DNA from: Pyrinomonadales bacterium
GTDB lineage: Bacteria; Acidobacteriota; Blastocatellia; Pyrinomonadales; Pyrinomonadaceae
Length of the DNA stretch: 64,000 nt
Direction: 5' to 3'
Assembly: GCA_038232235.1 (NCBI GenBank)
Contig: JBBSIE010000002.1
Coordinates: 24,572-88,571, forward strand
In this document: positions 50,102 to 57,703 of the stretch, piece after piece
Layout of the letters: each line of letters opens with the position of its first letter
Numbering within the stretch: position 1 is the stretch's first letter
The notes under the pieces: generated by a model
Database searches by the model: none
The model's input: the letters and a program-made list of their open reading frames with translations, nothing else
Told to the model about the DNA's origin: nothing
Position numbers and translations under genes: made by a program

Positions 50102-52135
50102 CTAAACCGAAGCGGTTTTCGAGTCATCTTTTTTACTGCGTTTTAGTCCACCGATTTGCACCAAATTTTCACCTTTGATTTCATTTTTCTCTAACACCAT
50201 CTGCTGATAAAGTTTACGCATCATCTGCATTTCTTCAGCGGCGGTTTTCGGTCCTTCCATATCCGGCTTGTTCGGGCGTTCCAAATCAATCGGATTCAAT
50301 TTCAAACCGTGATCGGTGTTGTCGAGTTCGACTTCCTTACCGCGCGCGAAAATTTCGTGGCGACCATTGTCTTTATACCATTGTGCAACCGTCGCGTTTT
50401 GGTGCATATGTTCGATAATGTTTCTCCAACCGATTCCCGTATTATAAGCACAAAAGGAAATTTCACCTTCCTGTGTTCCGTAAGGAATGATGCACATTTC
50501 GGTGCGCCGGAAATCATAATTGAACAAATCCTGAAACCACATTCCCGCAATAAACAAGAAATTCCAAGGGTCTTGACGGCGTTTTTCAATATCTTCAATC
50601 GTCCGCGTTCCATCAACTTTTCCGTAATCTTTACCCGACAAGCCGAACGATTTATCGAACTTTTTCAAGATTCCGCCCAAAGTCAAACTTTTCGGTGCGC
50701 CATACGGATTATAATTTTTAAGCAGTGCCATTCCCATCATAAAATTGGAAAACCATTTTCCGCGAGCCGTGTCGGTGATGTGTTTCATATCTTCGACCAG
50801 TCCGGGAATGCTCAAAAATTCGGGAACGGGAGCCATTTCCTTTGTTTCTTTATTAATCATCACGGCGGTTCCGACACCGCAGTTCGGATGACAGCCGCAG
50901 GAAACTTGTCCCCAATCAGCTTCCGGTCCGTGAACCAAATCGGCAAAATCGGCGAACGCGCCCATCAATGAAAGCGGAAACCAATCACGCAGCGGCTCGG
51001 TAATACCGACCTGTTTCTGAACGTCTTGAGCCAGATGCGAAAGCGTATAACGCTGCTGCAAACGTCTTTGTTCTGTAATATGCTCGTCGCGTCCGGTGAA
51101 AGAAACGGGTTGAAATGACACAAATGAAACTTTTTTTGGATTTTCCAATGCGAAACGGACAATTGAGCCGACTTGATCGTTATTTACTCCATTAACTAAT
51201 GTTGTCACGAGAACAATATCAACTCCGGCTTCGTGCAAGTTGTTGATCGCGCGTAATTTAACATCAAAAAGATTGCCGACTTGTCTGTGCGAGTTAGCAT
51301 CGTTGCCAACGCCGTCGAATTGCAGGTAAACAAATCTCAAACCGGCTTCAGCGGCTTCGCGGCAAAATTCTTTTGATTTTGCAAACTCGATTCCGTTAGT
51401 TGCGGCTTGCACCGAATTGTAGCCGACTTCGCGCGAATAACGCACAGCTTCGAGAAAATAAGGTGAAAGCGTCGGTTCGCCGCCCGAAAACTGCACCGAC
51501 ATCTGACGACGCGGTTTGATCGAAATCGCGTTGTCGAGAATTTCCTTGACATCTTCCATCGAAAGTTCGTGAACAAAACCGACTTGATTCGCGTCCATAA
51601 AACACGGGTCGCACATCATATTGCAGCGATTTGTCAGATCAACCGTCAGAACCGCGCCGCGTCCGTATTTAATAGTTGATGAGCCGTGATTGTGCAGTTT
51701 TTCGTCGTTGTGCGATTGAATGTCGCGTCCGGGAAAATTGGCTTCGATGTGCTGCAAAAACTTTGAATCAATCGCCATTAAATCTTCAAAATGTCCGTGA
51801 TCGGGACAATCTTTAATCATCCAGATTTCACCGTCGCGTTCAATAATTTGTGCTTTGATCTCGCCGACTTTTTCATTAACTAATATGCCGACTTCTTTTT
51901 TGCCGGCTAAAATATCTTCACGCGCTTCAATTACACAGTTTGGGCAGAGCGAATCGGTCGTGCGCGGAAAACCGAGCGTTGGTTTGGTCTTCTGCCAAGA
52001 TTTAAGCAATGGCTTATCCGACCATTTCGGCGTAAAAGACGGATTCGGTTTGTATTTATTAACGGCTTTGACAGCGTTGAAAACACCGCCGGCAATATAC
52101 GTCAAGCCTTTTTCAAAATGTTTAACAGGTGTCAT
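50102..52135 (-). CDS. Large radical SAM enzyme (COG1964 / MJ0619-type); candidate membrane-spanning-lipid synthase (Tes/Mss) homologue
   Basis: 677 aa; N-terminal CPNC..x~50..CPDHGH metal site; radical SAM CNMMCDPC; SVQFSGGEPTL; a long Cys-containing C-terminal extension (GQVSCGCHPNCG). Confidence 0.6.
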   Translation of the reverse strand: MTPVKHFEKGLTYIAGGVFNAVKAVNKYKPNPSFTPKWSDKPLLKSWQKTKPTLGFPRTTDSLCPNCVIEAREDILAGKKEVGILVNEKVGEIKAQIIERDGEIWMIKDCPDHGHFEDLMAIDSKFLQHIEANFPGRDIQSHNDEKLHNHGSSTIKYGRGAVLTVDLTNRCNMMCDPCFMDANQVGFVHELSMEDVKEILDNAISIKPRRQMSVQFSGGEPTLSPYFLEAVRYSREVGYNSVQAATNGIEFAKSKEFCREAAEAGLRFVYLQFDGVGNDANSHRQVGNLFDVKLRAINNLHEAGVDIVLVTTLVNGVNNDQVGSIVRFALENPKKVSFVSFQPVSFTGRDEHITEQRRLQQRYTLSHLAQDVQKQVGITEPLRDWFPLSLMGAFADFADLVHGPEADWGQVSCGCHPNCGVGTAVMINKETKEMAPVPEFLSIPGLVEDMKHITDTARGKWFSNFMMGMALLKNYNPYGAPKSLTLGGILKKFDKSFGLSGKDYGKVDGTRTIEDIEKRRQDPWNFLFIAGMWFQDLFNYDFRRTEMCIIPYGTQEGEISFCAYNTGIGWRNIIEHMHQNATVAQWYKDNGRHEIFARGKEVELDNTDHGLKLNPIDLERPNKPDMEGPKTAAEEMQMMRKLYQQMVLEKNEIKGENLVQIGGLKRSKKDDSKTASV

Positions 52136-52296
52136 AATTATATTTTCTCCAAATAAACTTCAATGTTGTACTGTTAGAGTTTCATCTCCGCTTGAAGTTA
52201 AGCAATAAAAAAGTAAAATTTATGCAATTAAAATAGCTTTTGATAAAATAGCATCAGTTTGGCAAAAACGAAACTCTATCATTAGTTTTTAAAGTA

Positions 52297-52312
52297 TGCA
52301 AAAATTGTGCCG
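52297..52312 (-). promoter_or_regulatory. Sigma-54 (-24/-12) promoter facing the radical SAM gene
   Basis: The minus strand reads cGGCAC-AATTT-TTGCA, against the consensus TGGCAC-N5-TTGCW. It lies about 160 nt upstream of the ATG at 52135. Confidence 0.6.
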
Positions 52313-52871
52313 TTGGGTAAATGCTGGTTATCTTATTTATTATCAACTAATTATGGGAATCTCATATTTATAAATAGGTTGAAAACTTGGGGCAAATTGA
52401 CACAACTAATTAGACAATCATTGTAAAACGACATTATGACACAACAATAATATTGTATCGAACTTGATTTTAGGTTTTTTTGAAAATTGAAACTTAAAAA
52501 TTAAACTCCTGTTTAAAAAACACTTCTAAAAATATATAAATTATGTATTGAAATTTTTCATTACTGCCTTAAAAAACAAAGCTCAAAGGAAATTTTGCAC
52601 AGGTTCGTGGATTTTCGTTCTCTTTTTGTTCACCTTTAAGCACTTAGCTTAACGAACACTTTAAGGAAACCTCATAACTCATTGCCAACAAAGAGTTTTC
52701 TATTATTAAAATAATACTTTACATCTATTTTTCTTTGTGATAAATTTGCATTCACCTTACGAGAGAATTTACGGACGGAAAAATTTTATTCTCTCGTTTC
52801 AAGAATCACAAAAGACAATTCGGTTTTTATTTTGGAGGTTAGTGATAATAAAAACTACTTCTAAATGATTT

Positions 52872-54263
52872 ATGGATATACGCTTCGGAACATCGGGTTG
52901 GAGGGCAATCATTGCCGACGATTTCACATTTACAAATGTGCGGCTTGTAACCGAAGCAATTTGCAGATATTTGACAAAAAATTCAAGTGAAAGTCAAAAA
53001 ACTTTGATAATCGGACACGATTCGCGCTTTATGGGTGAAAAGTTTTCCGAAGTTGCCGCTGAAATTTCTAAACAAAAAGGTTTTTGGGTTTTGCTTTGCA
53101 ATCATCCGACACCGACACCGACGATTTCGTTTGCCATCAGAAATGAAAAAGCAGTTGGCGCGATGAATTTTACGGCTTCACATAATCCGCCGGAATATCA
53201 GGGAATTAAATTTTCGACATCCGACGGCGCACCGGCTTTGCCTGAAGTTACGAAGCAAATTGAAGAAAATATTAAAAATGATGTTCAGGCTGAAGATAAA
53301 GACGGCGGAACAATTGAAAATTATGATGCGCGTCCGGCTTATCTGGAAGATTTGAAAACTAAAGTTCGATTTGACCAAATTGCTAAAGCCAACGGCAAGT
53401 ATGCTTACGACGCACTTTGGGGAACAGGACGCGGATATTTGGACAAGATTCTGCGCGACAATGGTTTGGAAGTTGAAACAATTCACGATTGGCGCGATGT
53501 AACATTCGGCGGACAAGCACCTGAACCGGGCGCGGAACATCTTGACGAACTTCGTCAAACTGTCAAAACAAAAAATTTGACGCTCGGACTTGCCACGGAT
53601 GGCGACGGCGACAGATTTGGAGTAATTGACAGTAATGGCGAATTTATCACGCCGAACGAATTAATTCCACTTTTATCGGATTATCTGGCGGAAAGCCGCG
53701 GTTGGACGGAAGGTTTGGCGAGAAGTGTCGCAACGACACACTTAGTTGACAGGGTTGCCGAAAATCGCGGATTGAAATTATACGAAACGCCGGTTGGATT
53801 CAAATTTATCGGCGAATTGATAAACGAAGACAAGATTATTTTGGGCGGAGAAGAATCCGCAGGTCTCTCAATCAAAGGACATTATCCCGAAAAAGACGGC
53901 ATCATCGCTTGTTTATTGGCGGCTGAAGCAGTCGCCGTGCGCGGAAAGAGTTTGACCGAACAGTTAAACGAACTTTACAGCCGCATCGGAAAGCTCGAAT
54001 CAGGCAGAATCGGAGTGAAATTGACCGATGAAATTGCCAAAAGTTTGAAAGAAAAATTGTCGCAGGAACCGTCGGAAATCGGCGGGAAAAAGATTGAAAA
54101 AATAAACAGATTAGACGGCGTGAAATTTGTTTTCACAGACGGAAGCTGGATGCTGATGCGCCCGTCGGGGACGGAGCCGTTAGTCAGAATTTACGCCGAA
54201 ACTGAAAAGTTACAAGATTTGGAGGTGTTACTTGAACAAGGTCGTAACTACTTATTGGGATAA
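52872..54263 (+). CDS. Alpha-D-phosphohexomutase (phosphoglucomutase/phosphomannomutase family)
   Basis: FGTSGWR; catalytic TASHNPPEYQGIK; Mg site ATDGDGDRFG; GEESAG; RPSGTEP. Confidence 0.92.
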   Translation: MDIRFGTSGWRAIIADDFTFTNVRLVTEAICRYLTKNSSESQKTLIIGHDSRFMGEKFSEVAAEISKQKGFWVLLCNHPTPTPTISFAIRNEKAVGAMNFTASHNPPEYQGIKFSTSDGAPALPEVTKQIEENIKNDVQAEDKDGGTIENYDARPAYLEDLKTKVRFDQIAKANGKYAYDALWGTGRGYLDKILRDNGLEVETIHDWRDVTFGGQAPEPGAEHLDELRQTVKTKNLTLGLATDGDGDRFGVIDSNGEFITPNELIPLLSDYLAESRGWTEGLARSVATTHLVDRVAENRGLKLYETPVGFKFIGELINEDKIILGGEESAGLSIKGHYPEKDGIIACLLAAEAVAVRGKSLTEQLNELYSRIGKLESGRIGVKLTDEIAKSLKEKLSQEPSEIGGKKIEKINRLDGVKFVFTDGSWMLMRPSGTEPLVRIYAETEKLQDLEVLLEQGRNYLLG

Positions 54264-54279
54264 TAATTCGGTGGTTTTA

Positions 54280-54594
54280 ATGCCAGCCGGAAACCGCGCG
54301 AAAGCTGCGGAACGCACTGAAACCGCCACTTCACAGTGGTTTGTTTTCGCCATCATTACATCAGTTACTTTTATGCTCTGTTTAGCGATAAACTTACGCG
54401 CTTTTTCGGAAATGAACGCAGAAATGCAACAAAATCAGGTTTTAAGCGTTCAACTTGAACAATTGAGTAATGGAAACCTGACTATTCAAGAAGAAATTCA
54501 TAATTTGAAAACTGACTCGCGCGCGATTGAACGCGAAGCCCGAAAAATCGGGATGAGTCGTCCGAACGAAAAGATTTTAGTGCCGGTTAATTAA
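54280..54594 (+). CDS. ftsB: Septum formation initiator (FtsB/DivIC family)
   Basis: Start moved to M17, after the upstream stop. TM plus coiled coil, then ..AIEREARKIGMSRPNEKILV. Confidence 0.75.
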   Translation: MPAGNRAKAAERTETATSQWFVFAIITSVTFMLCLAINLRAFSEMNAEMQQNQVLSVQLEQLSNGNLTIQEEIHNLKTDSRAIEREARKIGMSRPNEKILVPVN

Positions 54595-54697
54595 CTTACG
54601 GAGAGTTTTTTTATCAGCACATTATGCCTGCCCGCTAATTATCTGCCTTTTGCCTATCAACTCCGTATTTGCCTACAGATAAAACCATCCGAAAATC

Positions 54698-54726
54698 GCG
54701 GCTTATGTTTCCCGAACGTAAGCCGC
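54698..54726. terminator. Hairpin between convergent genes (possible bidirectional terminator)
   Basis: gcggctta (54698-54705) pairs with taagccgc (54719-54726). The T-tracts on both sides are weak. Confidence 0.4.
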
Positions 54727-54799
54727 ACTTCCCTTTTTAATAGTCGTTTTACAGGAGCGAAACTTTCCGTGTTGATGTTTTTCGCACTTTGTAATTACT

Positions 54800-55171
54800 T
54801 TACTCATTCAAACGAGCCACAACTTTTCCCTTGATATATTCTCTTGTAACTGCTCCGAAATGGCGGCTGTCGTTGCTGTCTGCTAAATTATCGCCGACTA
54901 AAAAATAATATCCGCGTTCGTTGATTCGCCCGACTCTTTTAACGACTTCGCTATTTTGTTCAACCGGATGCTTGGCAACCACGATGTCGCCGACATTGAT
55001 TTCGGAATTTCGATTAACCAAAACTATTTCACCATCTTTTAACGTCGGATTCATTGATTTGCCTTCGCAAATATATTTATGCCGATAGCCCAAGAAAATT
55101 AAGGCGATTTCGTAAAAATTTGCTTTGGGTAAGTCCTTCACTGTATTTTTTGGAGCAAGACTCTTTCTCAA
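54800..55171 (-). CDS. Short S26-family signal-peptidase-like serine protease
   Basis: GKSMNPTLKDGEIVLV, GDIVV, VKRV, GDN..S.DSR motifs; 123 aa. Confidence 0.7.
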   Translation of the reverse strand: MRKSLAPKNTVKDLPKANFYEIALIFLGYRHKYICEGKSMNPTLKDGEIVLVNRNSEINVGDIVVAKHPVEQNSEVVKRVGRINERGYYFLVGDNLADSNDSRHFGAVTREYIKGKVVARLNE

Positions 55172-55217
55172 TCAAAAATTATGAAAACATTTTATCATTC
55201 GCAAGCCAAATTATCGT

Positions 55218-55246
55218 TTGACAAATCTTTTTCAATTCTCTAAGTT
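55218..55246 (+). promoter_or_regulatory. Candidate sigma-70-type promoter for the cysM leader
   Basis: TTGACA (55218-55223), a 17-nt spacer, then TAAGTT (55241-55246). This would give a leader of about 200 nt. Confidence 0.3.
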
Positions 55247-55392
55247 CAGAATATAGACTTTTATGTAAAGATTCAAAATATGAGTAAATTTCAGCCGAAA
55301 AAGAAAAATTGTCGTTGCTGCAAAACACATCGGGTGAGATCCGGCGTAAAATTTCAGTGAAATGAAAACGCTAAAGTTTTAAAAAATCTCGC

Positions 55393-55439
55393 CGGTCGTG
55401 AAAGCTGGAAATATAAACTTCACGACCGACTTTCTTTTT
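55393..55439 (+). promoter_or_regulatory. Terminator-like hairpin inside the cysM 5' leader (candidate attenuator or riboswitch expression platform)
   Basis: cggtcgtgaa (55393-55402) pairs with ttcacgaccg (55419-55428), followed by actttcttttt. The upstream ccggcg (55342-55347) can instead pair with cgccgg (55390-55395). Confidence 0.45.
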
Positions 55440-55458
55440 GACGAACAAGGGAAACAAA

Positions 55459-56403
55459 ATGCAAACGGCAGTATTAGAAGCAAATACACCAACGAAAGAT
55501 CATTCACTCGAGGCAAACATCGGCAACACGCCTTTGATTCGTCTGCGAAGCGTAACGAAAGATTTGCCTGCAAATATTGAGATTTATGCAAAGGCAGAAT
55601 TTATGAATCCGGGCGGTTCGGTCAAAGACCGCGCAGCTTTGGCGATGATTTTGGCGGGCGAAAAATCTGGCGAACTCAACAAAAATAAAACGATTTTGGA
55701 CGCGACGAGCGGAAATACGGGAATTGCCTACGCGATGATCGGCGCGGCGCGCGGTTATAAAGTTTGTCTGACTTTGCCGAAAAATGCGGGCGCGGAGCGC
55801 AAACAGATTTTGAAACTCTACGGCGCGGAAATCATCGAAACCGACCGGATGAACGGAACGGACGGCGCACAAATTAAAGCGAAAGAATTGGTCGCCGAAT
55901 TTCCCGACAAATATTTTTATCCCGATCAATACAACAACGAAAATAACTGGAAAGCGCATTACAATACGACTGCGCCGGAAATTTGGGAACAGACAAACGG
56001 ACGCATCACGCATTTTCTCGCCGGACTCGGAACGACGGGAACTTTCGTCGGAACTTCGCGCCGTTTGAAAAAATTCAACCCGAAAATTCAAGCGATTTCG
56101 ATGCAGCCCGCGTCGCCTCTGCACGGTTTGGAGGGAATGAAACATCTTGCAACGGCGATTGTGCCGGGAATTTATGACGCGAATATTGCCAATCAAAACG
56201 TCGAAGTTACAACTGAAGACGCGCAGAAAATGACGCGGCGTTTGGCGCGTGAAGAAGGTTTATTCGTCGGTGTCAGCGCGGGCGCAAATGTTTTCGCCGC
56301 GCTTCTTCTGGCGCGTGAATTAAAAGAAAATGCCGTCATTATCACGATTCTGTGCGACGGCGGCGGCAAATATCTGAGCGAAGATTTTTGGGACGAAGCG
56401 TAA
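55459..56403 (+). CDS. cysM: Cysteine synthase, CysM-like (PLP-dependent)
   Basis: Start at M8 (AAGGGA RBS). NPGGSVKDR (PLP Lys), TSGNTGIA, and GTTGT motifs. Confidence 0.85.
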   Translation: MQTAVLEANTPTKDHSLEANIGNTPLIRLRSVTKDLPANIEIYAKAEFMNPGGSVKDRAALAMILAGEKSGELNKNKTILDATSGNTGIAYAMIGAARGYKVCLTLPKNAGAERKQILKLYGAEIIETDRMNGTDGAQIKAKELVAEFPDKYFYPDQYNNENNWKAHYNTTAPEIWEQTNGRITHFLAGLGTTGTFVGTSRRLKKFNPKIQAISMQPASPLHGLEGMKHLATAIVPGIYDANIANQNVEVTTEDAQKMTRRLAREEGLFVGVSAGANVFAALLLARELKENAVIITILCDGGGKYLSEDFWDEA

Positions 56404-56431
56404 ATCAGATTTTAGTAATTCTTTTTGTAAA

Positions 56432-56728
56432 ATGATTTATTCAGCGGGTTGGTGTTCAATATACGGAGATGGAGGGGATTTATTTTTCTTGAAAAATATT
56501 CGCTCTGGTAAAATTTTTTTCGCTTGTGATGCTTGTGGTTGCGCTTGGAAAGATTCGCCTGATATTGAAGAAAATTGGGAAATTTTGCAACCTATTGATC
56601 TTGCGCCTAATGGTTTTTCATTAGCTACAAAGCCCGATATTGAAATTGTCAGTCTTGCTCATCTTATTTTTAGAAACTATTCTGATTATAATTTTTTATT
56701 TAACGATAAAGATGGTTTTATTCCATAA
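56432..56728 (+). CDS. Hypothetical small protein
   Basis: 98 aa, AT-rich codon usage, with a CDACGC motif. No family recognised. Confidence 0.35.
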   Translation: MIYSAGWCSIYGDGGDLFFLKNIRSGKIFFACDACGCAWKDSPDIEENWEILQPIDLAPNGFSLATKPDIEIVSLAHLIFRNYSDYNFLFNDKDGFIP

Positions 56729-56782
56729 ATTACAAATCTTTGAAGCATAAAGCTAAATAATTGCCTCCGACATTAATTACAT

Positions 56783-56815
56783 TTGACACATTTCGATTTT
56801 ATCCTGTAAATTGCG
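56783..56815 (+). repeat. Promoter-like direct repeat, copy 1 (upstream of the antitoxin)
   Basis: ttgacacatttcgattttatcctgtaaattgcg is 29/33 identical to 57505-57537. It contains TTGACA-N17-GTAAAT. Confidence 0.8.
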
Positions 56816-56849
56816 CGACGTGCTATACTGCTAAAGAAAGTAAATAATT

Positions 56850-57089
56850 ATGCCGACACAAACAATAAATCTCGATAAAGTTGAAAAGCAGTTAGCTGAA
56901 TTGTTGGCGATTGTTGAAGATAATGGCGAAATCATGATTGCTCAAAACGGCAAACCTCTGGCGCGTTTAGAACTTGTTGCACAGCCGAAGAAAAAGAAGC
57001 GCATTGCCGGTCTGAATCGCGGGATGATTTGGACGAGCGAGGATTTTGACGCGCCCTTGCCGGATGAGTTTTGGCTTGGAAAAGAATGA
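56850..57089 (+). CDS. Type II antitoxin (Phd/YefM-like)
   Basis: 79 aa. The stop overlaps the toxin start (ATGA). The C-terminal GLNRGMIWTSEDFDAPLPDEFW is typical of VapC-partner antitoxins. Confidence 0.7.
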   Translation: MPTQTINLDKVEKQLAELLAIVEDNGEIMIAQNGKPLARLELVAQPKKKKRIAGLNRGMIWTSEDFDAPLPDEFWLGKE

Positions 57090-57478
57090 ATTCGGATTTG
57101 CTTTTCGATACGCACAGCTTTATTTAGTGGGCGGACGCTTCCAAAAAACTTTCGCCTGACGCATTAGCCGCGCTCGAAGATGAAAACAATCGTTTATTTT
57201 TGAGCGATGTCAGCATTTGGGAAATGCAAATCAAGGTTCAACTTGGCAAGATGAAGTTAAAACTGCCGTTGCCGGATTTGATCGAAAGCCAGAAAACCAA
57301 CAACGACTTAGAAATTCTGCACATTACAACCGAACATATTTTGGAGTTGGATAAATTGCCTTTTCATCACAGAGACCCGTTTGACCGTTTATTGATAGCA
57401 CAAAGTATTTTTGAAAATTATGCAATCGTAACTGTAGATTCAGAGTTTACCGCTTATCCGGCAAAGTTACTTTGGTAA
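57086..57478 (+). pseudogene. vapC: PIN-domain VapC toxin interrupted by an in-frame amber codon
   Basis: MNSDLLFDTHSFI*WADASKKLS..LFLSDVSIWEMQIKVQLGKMKL..LPFHHRDPFDRLLIAQS. TAG at 57125-57127 sits where the family has the conserved Trp (TGG). Confidence 0.8.
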
Positions 57479-57504
57479 CGAATAACCATTAAAATCACTT
57501 CGAC

Positions 57505-57537
57505 TTGACACACTTTGAGTTTATCCTGTAAATTTCG
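57505..57537 (+). repeat. Promoter-like direct repeat, copy 2 (downstream of vapC, upstream of the metY-like gene)
   Basis: ttgacacactttgagtttatcctgtaaatttcg, 722 nt from copy 1. Confidence 0.8.
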
Positions 57538-57647
57538 TTCTAGTTCTTTAAGTAACTTTCAAAATTTTGAAAGCTTAAAAAGTGGCGATTTAAGGTAACT
57601 TGCTCCACTTCAAAAAACTGCTAAACGCCGCAAAGAGAATTTTTCAA

Positions 57648-57690
57648 AAACTCTCGTGCTACAAGGTTTAGCACGAGAGTTTCTTATTTT
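57648..57690 (+). promoter_or_regulatory. Intrinsic-terminator-like hairpin 14 nt upstream of the metY-like ATG (attenuator, or terminator of the TA module)
   Basis: aaactctcgtgct (57648-57660) pairs with agcacgagagttt (57670-57682), followed by cttatttt. Confidence 0.5.
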
Positions 57691-57703
57691 GTAAAATAAT
57701 GTT

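Noticed and set aside
50309-50971. 220-aa plus-strand ORF inside the radical SAM gene.
   Set aside because: It is antisense to a long motif-bearing CDS, and its composition is typical of a mirror frame.
55504-56196. 230-aa ORF antisense to cysM.
   Set aside because: It is a shadow ORF of a confidently identified PLP enzyme, with Arg/Phe-rich composition and no independent signals.
56771-57540. Direct repeats around vapBC as integron attC sites.
   Set aside because: The repeats are direct, not imperfect palindromes, and lack a GTTRRRY-type core. There is no intI nearby. A promoter-duplication reading fits better.
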